From contig OZ244188.1 of assembly GCA_965216635.1 (NCBI GenBank), positions 416,001 through 480,000 of the forward strand: DNA of 64,000 nt. The letters run 5' to 3'. A model generated the notes under the pieces. The model worked only from the letters and a program-made list of their open reading frames with translations, was not told the DNA's origin and searched no databases. Origin of the DNA: a bacterium. Its GTDB lineage: Bacteria; SAR324; XYD2-FULL-50-16; G965216635. Position numbers and translations under genes: made by a program. Shown one piece after another: positions 29,821 to 40,303 of this stretch. The first letter of the stretch is position 1. Each line of letters begins with the position of its first letter.

Positions 29821-31002
29821 CTAAGCCTGTTTGGGTTTTTTGGTAGGCAGAAAAATTGCCAATAAAAATACAATACAAAGCAAAAAACTACTCAAGAAAA
29901 ATAAGCCCACAAATTCTCGGGTAATTTCGTAAAATTTAGAGACGACTAAAACAGCAGCAGGTCCTGCCCCAAAAGCAAGGATAAACTTGCATCCATAAAT
30001 TAGCCCGTGATATTTATGCGGGGTGAAACTCGCCAAAAGCATATTCTCTGCAGGTAAAACACTCGTATTAAAAGCTACAATCAAAAGCAATAATAAAACT
30101 AAAACAATTCCAGAACTTTGAGCCGCAAAAAAGAGCAAAGGAGCTTGCAATAGGATGCCAATAGAATAAACAGGTTTGAGCGGATATCTATCGGCTAAAA
30201 ATCCTCCCAAAACAGAAGTCAAACCGCTCACACCATAGATTATGGCAACAAGTCCGCCTACGCCAAAAGCTTCAAATCTCAAACTGTTTGTAAAACGAAT
30301 TTCTAAAAGTTTTGGCACTGCAGTTTGTGTAAGCTGAAAAACTAACCCTAAACAAAAAATACTTACCAACATAATTAAGGCTATGCCTATGAGTTGTTTG
30401 GATTTTTTAGGAATAGTAGGCTCGGCTGTGCTAGAGTTTTTGAGCGCTATTTTTTTTATAAAAATATGATAGCCAAGTGCTACGGCTACGAATAGTGTAA
30501 AAACAGCAGGCACAATAAACGCCATCTGCCAACCCCAAAATTCAATCAAAAACCCCGCAAAAATACCACCTAATCCGATTCCCATTACTCCAAAAATTCC
30601 GTTAATACCTAAAGCTCGCCCTTTTTTTTTGGAGCTATTAATTACCCAAGCAATAGCTACTGGATGATAGATAGCACAAAAAAGTCCCAAAAAAGTTAAA
30701 CCAATAAAAAGCGTAGTCTTGCTATAACTAATCCCGCAAAGCAAAGAAGAAATCCCCAAACCTAAAAACATCACCAACATCATACCAGACCTGCTCCACC
30801 TATCGCTGAGCCAACCCGCTGGAATTGCAGCCAAGCCGACAAGCAAAGAGCCCAAAACCCAAAGTTTCAAAAGCTCCTCGTAAGGAAGAAGCCAAACCTT
30901 TTCTATGGCAAGCACAATCACAAAATAAAAAGCCGCAAACATATGCATTAGGGCGTGCCCTATCGCAGAATAAATTAAAGCTAAATTTTTCTCTTTTTTC
31001 AT
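29821..31002 (-). CDS. MFS transporter
   Basis: 12-TM pattern; GWLSDRWSR and GFLADRY motif A. Confidence 0.9.
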   Translation of the reverse strand: MKKEKNLALIYSAIGHALMHMFAAFYFVIVLAIEKVWLLPYEELLKLWVLGSLLVGLAAIPAGWLSDRWSRSGMMLVMFLGLGISSLLCGISYSKTTLFIGLTFLGLFCAIYHPVAIAWVINSSKKKGRALGINGIFGVMGIGLGGIFAGFLIEFWGWQMAFIVPAVFTLFVAVALGYHIFIKKIALKNSSTAEPTIPKKSKQLIGIALIMLVSIFCLGLVFQLTQTAVPKLLEIRFTNSLRFEAFGVGGLVAIIYGVSGLTSVLGGFLADRYPLKPVYSIGILLQAPLLFFAAQSSGIVLVLLLLLIVAFNTSVLPAENMLLASFTPHKYHGLIYGCKFILAFGAGPAAVLVVSKFYEITREFVGLFFLSSFLLCIVFLLAIFLPTKKPKQA

Positions 31003-31035
31003 TTTTTTTGGTTTATATTTGATGGGGTTATGAAA

Positions 31036-31360
31036 TTAGTATTGAAATATCTCTACCAATAAATTAGAAACTTTTTTAGAATCTATACTAGATAAACAGC
31101 CGATTTTTTTAACAATTCTGGTTTTATCAATAGTCCTAATTTGATCTAAAAGAACTAATCCGTTTTTATTATCAAATTTGATTTTGACTCTAAAAACAGC
31201 ATCAAAGCCTTTGCTGGTTATAGGAGCTACAAGGAGCGTTTTTAAGCTACGCATTTCATTGGGAAAAATACAACCAAGGGCGAGTTTTTTTTATTTCAGA
31301 GCCAATGGTTGGATTTAAACGCACCAGTATAATATCAAATCGTGCAATATTTTTTACCAC
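31036..31360 (-). pseudogene. mazF: Frameshifted MazF/PemK toxin
   Basis: GTG at 31360 reads VKNIARFDIILVRLNPTIGSEIKKTRP and then shifts frame (13 nt between the RP and PNEM codons); the C-terminal half (VAPITS...DQIRTIDK) is in another frame. Confidence 0.85.
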
Positions 31361-31617
31361 TGCCAATTTTTTATATCGTCATCGTGATTGAGAAAATCAT
31401 CCAGCTGTCCTTCATCCATCTGGTCAGAATGCTTTGCTAGTGTCTGATTTATTTTTTTCTCCCAGTTTTTTCTTGGTTGACTGGAAGTAGGTTTTAATAA
31501 TAAACCTCCACTGCTTACTTTAAACTCAATCTCTTTGTTTTCAAGATTCGCTTGTTTGATAATTGCCTGAGGAATACGCACTCCTCGGGAATTACCTATT
31601 TTAGTGATTGTTGTCAT
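31354..31617 (-). CDS. mazE: AbrB/MazE family antitoxin
   Basis: KIGNSRGVRIP motif; overlaps the mazF start. Confidence 0.9.
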   Translation of the reverse strand: MTTITKIGNSRGVRIPQAIIKQANLENKEIEFKVSSGGLLLKPTSSQPRKNWEKKINQTLAKHSDQMDEGQLDDFLNHDDDIKNWQW

Positions 31618-31727
31618 AGTTGATTGTTGCGGTAAATTTTAATGTTATTATAAAGTAATTACATCAATAAGCAAATTTTTTCTCTTTTTTCATTTTGATT
31701 ATTTTGATATACAGTTATATTATAGTA

Positions 31728-31870
31728 TAGACTTTTGAATTTCGCTGATGTGACGGCTAGGCAAGGCAAAAAAATATTCCAGCGAGCTAAAAAATTTTTT
31801 CGCACCTGTTCTAACCATTTGACTAGCCGTCACAGCTAGTTTTGTCCTATTTGGCAAATTCAAAGGTCTA
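31728..31870. mobile_element. Palindromic MITE-like repeat, family 1
   Basis: TAGACTTTTGAATTT ... AAATTCAAAGGTCTA ends. Confidence 0.75.
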
Positions 31871-31896
31871 TAATATTCAATAATAAGGAGAAAAAA

Positions 31897-32718
31897 ATGA
31901 GTATAATTAATGAAATTGGGGCAACGGCTTTTATTATTGCCGCATACCGAGCAGAAGAAGAGGCAAATAATTCACCTTTATTTGTAGATTCTTATGCTAA
32001 ATTTTTTGTTACTGATGAGATTATGAAAAAGGCTAATGACTTTACTTCCGTTTTCCCTGAGGGAAAAGAGATGATACGTTATCGCATTAAATTTTTTGAT
32101 GATACCATACTTTCCTATATCAACCAAGGGACTACACAATTTGTGTTGTTAGGTGGTGGGTTTGATATGAGAGCTTGTAAATATGCAAAACAGGGCATCA
32201 AATTTTACGACCTTGACCAAGCCCCTGTATTGAATTTTAAGCAAAGTGTAATCGCAAAAAATAATATAGATTATCCATCTACTTCTATCTGTTGTGATTA
32301 TCTTTTAGACGATATAGTTGGTTGCTTAACCGAAAAAGGATTTAATGCTAACCTACCTAGTTTGTTTATTTGGGAAGGCAACACGCTTTATATTACAAAG
32401 GAAAAAATCTATTCTTTATTGAGCAATCTAGGCAAGCAACTAGATAATTTTAATATTTCCTTTGATTATATCGCCCAAACTGTAGTCACTAGAACCAGCG
32501 GTATAGAGTCCGTAACGAAAGCAGCAGATTTTTTTGAAAATATGGGCTCGCCTTGGATAACTGGATTTGATGATGTTAGAGATATTGAAAAAAACACTTC
32601 ATTGAAAGTAATAAAAAATTTCTTGATGAAATCTTTAGAAAAAAAATATTTTCCTGATACCGCAGCTGCCGACCCAAATATTTTGAGTCAGTATTCAGTT
32701 TGTATTCTCAGTAATTAA
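31897..32718 (+). CDS. SAM-dependent methyltransferase (LCM/O-methyltransferase family)
   Basis: TAFIIAAYRA, VLLGGGFDMRA, WEG motifs; AGGAG RBS. Confidence 0.85.
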   Translation: MSIINEIGATAFIIAAYRAEEEANNSPLFVDSYAKFFVTDEIMKKANDFTSVFPEGKEMIRYRIKFFDDTILSYINQGTTQFVLLGGGFDMRACKYAKQGIKFYDLDQAPVLNFKQSVIAKNNIDYPSTSICCDYLLDDIVGCLTEKGFNANLPSLFIWEGNTLYITKEKIYSLLSNLGKQLDNFNISFDYIAQTVVTRTSGIESVTKAADFFENMGSPWITGFDDVRDIEKNTSLKVIKNFLMKSLEKKYFPDTAAADPNILSQYSVCILSN

Positions 32719-32945
32719 GCACCGAGATCATTGCATTGGAGCGTGTCCTATTGCAGAATAAATTAAAGCTAAATTTTTCTCTTTTTTTTGTTTTTGGATT
32801 TTTGGGTTATGGGTTTTTGTTTTTTGGGGAAAGATAAAATATTTTTTACCAATTTTTCATATCGTCATCGTGATTGAGAAAATCATTGAATTGGCTTGTT
32901 TTTATACTATAAAATGAAAAAATTTATTAAAAGTTTGAAAAAAAC

Positions 32946-32974
32946 TTGACATATTAAGTCTAGAATACTAAAAT
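32946..32974 (+). promoter_or_regulatory. Near-consensus sigma70 promoter
   Basis: TTGACA (32946) - 17 bp - TAAAAT (32969). Confidence 0.7.
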
Positions 32975-32980
32975 CAATAT

Positions 32981-33056
32981 AACCACACCGAGATACAACT
33001 GAATTAAGTAAGGGCTCTCGGCACCGACAGCCGCCACTAACGCGGCTGTTCTTTTT
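32981..33056 (+). ncRNA. Candidate small RNA of about 75 nt
   Basis: Promoter upstream, CCGAGA/TCTCGG stem, intrinsic terminator, no ATG-initiated ORF; GC-richer than its surroundings. Confidence 0.55.
33027..33056 (+). terminator. Rho-independent terminator
   Basis: ACAGCCGC-CACTAAC-GCGGCTGT followed by TCTTTTT. Confidence 0.75.
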
Positions 33057-33316
33057 GCACTCCAATTTTTCATCGCTGTAATCTTCGCTTCAATTCTTAC
33101 TTCAATTCTTGCTTCAATTCTTGCAAAAGCTCACCGCTTTTAGAAAAGGATTGATACAATAATCCTAACAACTTGCTAAATTTTTTCTTTTTTTATTTTT
33201 TTTGGATTTTTAGTTTTACTAATTTATTTTATTTTTTGGAGTTAGTAAATAAGTTTGAAAAGTTTTTGTTTTGTTGTAAGAAATAGTAAGGTAATTAAAA
33301 ACATATTAAGAAAAAA

Positions 33317-35362
33317 ATGGAAAATAAATTTTACGATAAATTGGTAGATTTGCTGCAAGAAGACGATAGATTTGTGGCAAAACAAACAGATAAAAATAAA
33401 AAAAAAGAACTCATTAAAAGTAAAATTCTCAATGCAGCAGGTAGTTTAGATAAAAAGCTAATTGCGGATTTGCTCGCTGTAGCAGAGTTTAAGGAAAAGT
33501 TTTTTTTCAAAGTGGAAGAGGCTTTGGTTTTTGACGTAAATTCTTTTAATCAATTTGTGCAGGACAAGAAATTTTTGAGTAATTCTTACACAGGTTTTAA
33601 AAACAAAATAGGACTCAATATTGACGGAAAGTTTTTGAAAGAAAGAGGCGAAGTGTCTTTGGTTTTTCCTTTTAAGGATTGTGTTTTGGCAGGTGGAATG
33701 ACGAAGGAAGAACAAAAAAGAGACGAGGTTTTTTTCAACGAGATTTTAGCTCAAGACGAGATTGATGGGTTGCTTGCTCCTAAAGTTTTCAGCAATTTTA
33801 AAAAATTCACTGCCAAAGGAGAATCTAAAGTAAGCGATTTTGAAAGGGATGAAAACGGCACTATAAAAGACAATCTCATCGTCAAGGGTAATAACCTACT
33901 AGCTTTGCATTCTTTAAAACAAGAATTTCAAGGAAAGGTAAAACTGATTTATATTGATCCACCTTATAATACTGGGAACGACGGTTTTAATTATAACGAC
34001 AATTTTAATCATTCTGCTTGGCTTACCTTTATGAAAAACAGACTAGAGGTAGCCAGAAAACTGTTACAAGAAGATGGAGTTATTTTTGTACAGTGCGATG
34101 ATAACGAACAGGCTTATCTCAAAGTTTTAATGGACGAAGTTTTTGGTAGAGATAATTTTGTTAATAGTATTACTGTAAAAGCAAAAGTAAGTGCTGGAGC
34201 AAGCGGAGGCGGTGAAGATAAAAAAATAAAAAAAAATACAGAAAACCTTGTTTTTTTTTGCAAAAACAGGTCTCAATTTCAATATATTCCTTTATACAAA
34301 AAGTATTTGATTGATGATTATATTGCAGAACATAAGCAAAATAATGTTGGGTTTAATTATACAAGAATTTTAAAACACGAAGGTAGCAAAATTCTTTTTA
34401 AAGAACTGGAAGGAATAAAAATCTACAAACATCAAAACTTTAAATTTGATACTGTTTTAAATATTCAAAAAGAAGAAAAGTTGTCTGTTGGAGAGGTTTA
34501 TAAAAAATATTTTAATAAAATATTTATGACAACAAATGCGCAAACTTCTATTTTAAGCAAAGTCAATCGTGAAATTAATGAAAAAAAACGGTTTGTATCC
34601 TATGAATATATTCCAAGAAGTGGTAGATATAAAAATCAAAAAACAGTCAAGTTTGTATGGAATGAAACACTAGTTGTTTGGTTTTCAGATTCTGCTTTAT
34701 TAGAAAAAAGTATGGTCTATAAGACAGAAGAGATAGGCACTTTATGGAATGATATTTCTTGGGGAAGATTAGATTTAGAAGGAGGTACGAAATTTAAAAA
34801 TGGGAAAAAACCAGAATCCTTACTCGAAAGAATTTTAGAATTATCTACCCAACCAAGCGATATAGTTTTAGATTACCATTTAGGAAGCGGAACAACCTGT
34901 GCAGTAGCTCATAAAATGGGCAGACGCTATATTGGAATAGAGCAAATGGATTATGTAGAAACGATTGCTTGCGAAAGAATGAAAAAAGTAATTGCTGGAG
35001 AGCAGGGTGGTATTTCAAAATCTGTGAATTGGCAAGGCGGCGGTGAGTTTATTTATTTTGAGCTAAAAAAATACAACCAAGAGGCAGTAGAGAAACTAGA
35101 CAAAGCAGAAAACACAGAGAAATTGCTAAAAATCTGGCAAGAGATGTGCGAGCATTATTTTCTAAACTACGATGTGGATATAAAAAAATTCAACGAAAGC
35201 CAAGCAGATTTTCAAAAACTCACTTTGATAAAACAGAAAAAACGCCTTTTAGGAATGCTGAATAAAAACCAGCTTTATATCAATCTGTCTGAGATGAATG
35301 ACTCTCAATTTAGGATTAGCGAAGAAGACAAAAACCTTACAAAAAAGTTTTACAAAAAATGA
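33317..35362 (+). CDS. mod: Type III R-M methyltransferase (Mod)
   Basis: IYIDPPYNTG, KPE.LL.RI, DYHLGSGTT motifs; coupled to Res. Confidence 0.92.
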   Translation: MENKFYDKLVDLLQEDDRFVAKQTDKNKKKELIKSKILNAAGSLDKKLIADLLAVAEFKEKFFFKVEEALVFDVNSFNQFVQDKKFLSNSYTGFKNKIGLNIDGKFLKERGEVSLVFPFKDCVLAGGMTKEEQKRDEVFFNEILAQDEIDGLLAPKVFSNFKKFTAKGESKVSDFERDENGTIKDNLIVKGNNLLALHSLKQEFQGKVKLIYIDPPYNTGNDGFNYNDNFNHSAWLTFMKNRLEVARKLLQEDGVIFVQCDDNEQAYLKVLMDEVFGRDNFVNSITVKAKVSAGASGGGEDKKIKKNTENLVFFCKNRSQFQYIPLYKKYLIDDYIAEHKQNNVGFNYTRILKHEGSKILFKELEGIKIYKHQNFKFDTVLNIQKEEKLSVGEVYKKYFNKIFMTTNAQTSILSKVNREINEKKRFVSYEYIPRSGRYKNQKTVKFVWNETLVVWFSDSALLEKSMVYKTEEIGTLWNDISWGRLDLEGGTKFKNGKKPESLLERILELSTQPSDIVLDYHLGSGTTCAVAHKMGRRYIGIEQMDYVETIACERMKKVIAGEQGGISKSVNWQGGGEFIYFELKKYNQEAVEKLDKAENTEKLLKIWQEMCEHYFLNYDVDIKKFNESQADFQKLTLIKQKKRLLGMLNKNQLYINLSEMNDSQFRISEEDKNLTKKFYKK

Positions 35363-37974
35363 CTCAGCAAACTCTTCCTATGCAAAATCAGCAGTGGCTT
35401 TATCAAAAGCTAGATAATGCAAAAGAATTTGGTAACCTAGACCAATTTTTAGAAACTCCGAAATTACTCAGCGAAAATCTCAATCCTGAATTTGAATTGA
35501 GAGAATACCAAAAGGAAGCTTTTGCTAGGTTCTTTTATTATTTTGAAGAATACCCTAGCAAAGAAACACCGATACACCTGCTTTACAATATGGCTACGGG
35601 TAGCGGGAAAACTCTCGTTATGGCAGGGCTTATTCTTTACCTTTACGGCAAGGGCTATAGAAATTTTTTGTTTTTTGTAAGTTTTAAAAATATTATAGAA
35701 AAAACAAAAGATAATTTTCTCAACAATCAATCTGGCAAATATCTTTTCAATCAAAAAATACAATTTCAAAACAAAGAAATTTTTATTAGCCAAGTAGATA
35801 ATTTTGAGGGAGTAAGTAGCGAGAATATAAATATCTGCTTTACTACGATCCAAAAATTGCATTCTGATTTGCATAGCGAAAAAGAAAATGCCTTAACCTT
35901 TGAGGATTTTAGGGAGAAAAAAATTGTCTTGCTTGCAGACGAGGCGCATCACGGGCAGGCAAAAACAAAACAGCAAGCGCAGGCTTTACGCCAAAGGGAC
36001 GAGAAACCTAACTGGGAAAATACAGTGTTAAAAATTTTTGAAAAGAACAAAGAAAATATACTTTTGGAATTTACAGCGACGATGGATTTTCTCAATAAGC
36101 AAATTGAGAAAAAATATATTTCAAAAGTGATTTATCAATACGATTTAAAGCATTTTAGAAACGATAGGTTTTCTAAGGATGTGGAAATACTGCGTTCGGA
36201 TACTGATAAAAAAGGGAGAATTTTGCAAGCTTTGATTATCAATCAATACCGCCAAGATATAGCGGGAAAGCACAGAATAAACCTAAAACCAGTGATACTC
36301 TTTAAGTCGCATCACACTATCCAAGAATCTAAAGAAAATCAAGAATTTTTTCATCGTTTGATAGAAAATTTGTCTGTCAAAGAGCTAGAGGAAATACAGC
36401 AAAAAACAAACATTAAAGAAATAAAAAGGGCTTTTACTTTTTTTGAAGGACAAGGAAGTTTGGAGCAGTTAATCCAAAAATTGCAAAGAAATTTTGCGGA
36501 GAATAAATGTATCGGTATGAACGAAGAAAACGAATTAGAGCAAAATCAAATTTTGGTAAATAGTTTGGAAGATAATAATAACCAAATAAGAGCTATTTTT
36601 GTTGTGAATAAGCTCAACGAAGGCTGGGATGTTTTAAACCTGTTTGATATTGTGCGGCTTTATGAAGGACAAGCTGGTGGAGGAAATAGAAAAATTGCAC
36701 CTTCTACCATTTCAGAGGCTCAACTTGTCGGTAGGGGTGCGAGGTATTTTCCTTTTGTAGTAAAGACACAAAAAGAGGAAAAATTTTTAAGAAAGTTTGA
36801 TAATAACTTGGGCGATGAATTGAGAATTTTAGAGGAGCTATATTTTCATAGCCCAAACGAAAGTCGCTATATTTCGGAATTAAAACAGGCTTTAGTGGAG
36901 CAAGGAATAATTGACGATAATACAGAGGAAAGAGAACTAAAACTAAAAGAAACTTTTAAAAAAACAGAGCTTTATAAACAAGGAAGGATTTTTAAAAATA
37001 AAAAAATAGCGAAGGATTATTCCAGTATAAAATCTTTTGCAGATTTAGGAGTGCATCAAAAAAATTTTGATTATGAAATTCCTACTGGTAGAGGAAAAAT
37101 AACAGACGCTTTGACAGAGGAGAATTATGATAACTTTACTATTCACGATAAAAAACCTAGAACTTTGAAAATCAACAAGATAGAAAGGCATATTGTGAAA
37201 AATGCTTTGGCTAGAAAAGAATTTTTTTGCTTCGCTAGTGTGAAAAAATATTTTCCAAACCTACAATCTCTAAATGAACTAATAGAAAATAAAGAATTTT
37301 TGAGTGATATAGGAATCTGTTTTTATGGCTTAAAAGAAGATACAGAAAATCTTTCTAACATAAACAAGTTTCAAGCTGTGCTACAGGTTTTAGACGAAAT
37401 AGAAGAAAAACTAAAGAATAATATTACCGATTACCAAGGTACAGAAAAATTTAATGCTGATAGAATACACAAAGTATTTTTTGATAAAACATTAAAAATA
37501 AAAGCTGATTCAGAAAAAAAAGAGGGACAAGAAGAATTTCTTAAAAATAAGGATTGGTATGCGTTTAATGCAAACTATGGCACTGATGAAGAAAAAGCCT
37601 GTGTGGAGTTTATAGATAGATTGATTGAGGAAGATTTTAAGAGAAAATACAAAGAAATTTATTTGTTAAGAAATGAATTGCACTTTGTGATTTATAATTT
37701 TTCTGATGGGCGGGGCTTTGCTCCTGATTTTGTTTTGTTTCTAAAGGATAAAAAGGGCAAGGAGCTTTCTTATCAAATTTTTATAGAGCCTAAAGGAAAG
37801 TATCTCGCAGGCACAGACGATTGGAAAAATGAATTTCTAAAAAAAATTAGAGAAAATTTTAATGCTAAAAATTTTGCAGAAACAAAAAAATATAGAGTCG
37901 TTGGTGTGCCTTTTTTTGATAAAGATGAGGAAAATAAGTTTAAAGAAAATTTACAGAATGTTTTACAATCCTAA
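35359..37974 (+). CDS. res: Type III R-M restriction subunit (Res)
   Basis: MATGSGKT, DEAH, EGWD, C-terminal PDF...IEPK nuclease motif. Confidence 0.92.
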   Translation: MTQQTLPMQNQQWLYQKLDNAKEFGNLDQFLETPKLLSENLNPEFELREYQKEAFARFFYYFEEYPSKETPIHLLYNMATGSGKTLVMAGLILYLYGKGYRNFLFFVSFKNIIEKTKDNFLNNQSGKYLFNQKIQFQNKEIFISQVDNFEGVSSENINICFTTIQKLHSDLHSEKENALTFEDFREKKIVLLADEAHHGQAKTKQQAQALRQRDEKPNWENTVLKIFEKNKENILLEFTATMDFLNKQIEKKYISKVIYQYDLKHFRNDRFSKDVEILRSDTDKKGRILQALIINQYRQDIAGKHRINLKPVILFKSHHTIQESKENQEFFHRLIENLSVKELEEIQQKTNIKEIKRAFTFFEGQGSLEQLIQKLQRNFAENKCIGMNEENELEQNQILVNSLEDNNNQIRAIFVVNKLNEGWDVLNLFDIVRLYEGQAGGGNRKIAPSTISEAQLVGRGARYFPFVVKTQKEEKFLRKFDNNLGDELRILEELYFHSPNESRYISELKQALVEQGIIDDNTEERELKLKETFKKTELYKQGRIFKNKKIAKDYSSIKSFADLGVHQKNFDYEIPTGRGKITDALTEENYDNFTIHDKKPRTLKINKIERHIVKNALARKEFFCFASVKKYFPNLQSLNELIENKEFLSDIGICFYGLKEDTENLSNINKFQAVLQVLDEIEEKLKNNITDYQGTEKFNADRIHKVFFDKTLKIKADSEKKEGQEEFLKNKDWYAFNANYGTDEEKACVEFIDRLIEEDFKRKYKEIYLLRNELHFVIYNFSDGRGFAPDFVLFLKDKKGKELSYQIFIEPKGKYLAGTDDWKNEFLKKIRENFNAKNFAETKKYRVVGVPFFDKDEENKFKENLQNVLQS

Positions 37975-38024
37975 TAATTTCTGCAGTAGCATACAATCTC
38001 CATAACTAGGGTGGGCTGAAATTC

Positions 38025-38177
38025 AGATAGATTGTAGCTTGGGCTTGGTGGTGTTGGGTTGGTAGTTTTTAAGTTTTCTAAAATGACTTCAAGCATAAAT
38101 TCTATGAATGCAGGGCTGTCTTTTTTTTTTGTTGGATGTGGCGAGAGCGTCGTAGTATTTTTGTTGGAAGTGGCGAG
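38025..38177 (-). repeat. Degenerate copy of the fic 3' end
   Basis: Matches 41694-41820; a third copy lies at 42793-42925. Confidence 0.85.
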
Positions 38178-38286
38178 TTTGTTTTATAAGTCAAACAAAA
38201 ATTTTATAGAAAGTGATTTTTATTGTTAGCTAAATTTTTCTCTTTTTTCATTTTTTTTTGTTTTTATAATATTTTCAATACTGTTC

Positions 38287-38317
38287 AACTTGAGGTCGCA
38301 AATTGTGACCTCAAGTT
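38287..38317. terminator. Near-perfect 31-bp palindrome between convergent res and herA
   Basis: AACTTGAGGTCGCAA-A-TTGTGACCTCAAGTT. Confidence 0.4.
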
Positions 38318-38374
38318 TGAAAAAATCTTATTGTGATGAATTTTAAGTAAATTTTAACAATCCTGAAATGTTTG

Positions 38375-40303
38375 TTATTTTAATTTCTGTTTTATAAACC
38401 ATTCTTTTGGAATATTACAATTTTGGCTACTCGGTTCTGGATTTGCTTTATCTATTTTTATCTGAAGAGGCATTGATACACAATGACCAAATACTAATGC
38501 TTCACCAGGGATTGATTGTTTTATTTTATTAGTAAAATCATCTGAAAAGTAAGGAAGTATAGCTTGTATATAACGCATATCTTGATCATTTTGGATTCTA
38601 TGAATTATAAAATTAGCGCATTGTGAAAGCACTGTATCAGATAACTCGGATGGTCTTTGTGAGGAAATGAATAAATAAATAGAATATTTTCGTCCTTCAC
38701 GAGCGATTTTTTCAAAAATATTTTCTTTAAGTAAATATTCATAGTTTTTTTTTATATATCTATGAGCTTCATCTAAAACCAAATGTATAGGTTTTTCTCT
38801 TCGGTCTCCACCTGTTAATGTTTTTCTTTTATCAAAAAGTAGTCTTGAAAGAACACTAGTTAATGTTTCTAGTACATCTGGGCTTAGTTCGCTGGTGTCA
38901 ATAATAATGAGTTGAGTCTTATCTTCGTCTTTACCCCACAGATTTTCTAAATATTTTTCAACAGTGTCTATATTATTTGATTCTCTCATAAAATCACAAT
39001 CAGTATTTTCTAAAAAATAATCAAGTCTTGTCATCATTGTTGCCACAAAACCTCTAATTTGTTTATTTCCTCGTGCCTCCTCTTCTAATAAAATCAAGTC
39101 AGCGGCTATTTTTAAAAAATTATAATCAAAAAACTCTCCATCTTTTATTTTTGAATCTATAACTTCTTGAGCTTGAATATTATTTATCTTATCAACAACT
39201 TTTTTAACTGTATTTTCTAATCCATCATGGTTCTGTCCGAAAAAAATAGTGCAAGCACTTTGTAAAGATTCAATATCACTAATTAAATCACTTGAGGCAT
39301 TTCTAAGAGGTGGATAATTATTAATAATACTTAATATACTTCCCATTATACTAGAGGCTGTAGTTATTCTAACGGTATCGCTGTCAGCTTGTCTTAATGC
39401 GCTACGAACTAAAAAACAAATTTTATACCTTAAGTAATTTACAAACTTTTCTTTCTCGTCATTTGATGCAGAGCCAATTTTATAAAATCTATAGCTTTCT
39501 TGGAGAACTTTATCCCAAAAAGGTCTCTGCGTTGCTTCAGTTGCTAATAAAAAACTACTCCATTCATTTAAGGACATCAAAAAATGTGGTAAATAAAAAG
39601 GTTCGTAGTCATCTGTTTCATTTTCTATGTTAGGTTTGTAATATTTTATGGTAATATTTTCATTAGTATTTTTTTTTGTAAATGCTGACTTGTATTCTCC
39701 ATTCACATCAAAAATCAAGATTCTTGAACCTTCTGCCGAATAATCTTTCTTTTTATGAATTTGTTGAATAATATGAGCAATAGTGTTTGATTTTCCGCTG
39801 CCTGTATTTCCTAGAACAGTTGAATGAATATTAAAAAAATTATCTATACCAATAGCAATAGGGTAGTTGATTAAATTTTTACTTATTCCTAGAGAAAACG
39901 ACTGGTGTATTTCATTATCGGTTTCATTATCTGTTGTTTGTAAAATTATTTCCATATCTTCATAAGTGACTATACTTACATCACTATACAAACTAGGGAA
40001 TACACCAACACCTAATGTAAATTCTGTTTTTTCTTTATTGATTGTTCCAATAGGTTTGAGTAAAAGTTCTCTATTACTTTCAATATCAAAAGAGATTTTT
40101 TCTTGATGAATATCTGCATCAAATATTGATATAACTTCACAAATTATAACTTCTTCTATTGCGTTAGTAATTTTTAAGTAGCTACCAATATTGCCAAAAT
40201 AATAAATATTGCCTTGTAGATTAACCGAACCTCCACGAATCTCAGAAGCAATTTTTACTTTGATTTTGCTATAATCAATAGAAGTGATTTTACCTATTTT
40301 CAT
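38375..40303 (-). CDS. herA: HerA/DUF87 ATPase (Sir2-HerA antiphage system)
   Basis: HAS-barrel-like N terminus, GNTGSGKS, DVNGEY, DEAH, REGRK, SQRP motifs. Confidence 0.88.
   Translation of the reverse strand: MKIGKITSIDYSKIKVKIASEIRGGSVNLQGNIYYFGNIGSYLKITNAIEEVIICEVISIFDADIHQEKISFDIESNRELLLKPIGTINKEKTEFTLGVGVFPSLYSDVSIVTYEDMEIILQTTDNETDNEIHQSFSLGISKNLINYPIAIGIDNFFNIHSTVLGNTGSGKSNTIAHIIQQIHKKKDYSAEGSRILIFDVNGEYKSAFTKKNTNENITIKYYKPNIENETDDYEPFYLPHFLMSLNEWSSFLLATEATQRPFWDKVLQESYRFYKIGSASNDEKEKFVNYLRYKICFLVRSALRQADSDTVRITTASSIMGSILSIINNYPPLRNASSDLISDIESLQSACTIFFGQNHDGLENTVKKVVDKINNIQAQEVIDSKIKDGEFFDYNFLKIAADLILLEEEARGNKQIRGFVATMMTRLDYFLENTDCDFMRESNNIDTVEKYLENLWGKDEDKTQLIIIDTSELSPDVLETLTSVLSRLLFDKRKTLTGGDRREKPIHLVLDEAHRYIKKNYEYLLKENIFEKIAREGRKYSIYLFISSQRPSELSDTVLSQCANFIIHRIQNDQDMRYIQAILPYFSDDFTNKIKQSIPGEALVFGHCVSMPLQIKIDKANPEPSSQNCNIPKEWFIKQKLK

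Noticed and set aside
32981..33056. Candidate sRNA as a tracrRNA (contains TAAG..GGCACCGA)
   Set aside because: Only a short chance-level resemblance; no anti-repeat, CRISPR array or cas9/tnpB in the window
33317..35362. Phase-variable mod (phasevarion)
   Set aside because: Only A/T runs of about 9 nt, common throughout this AT-rich window; no simple-sequence repeat tract
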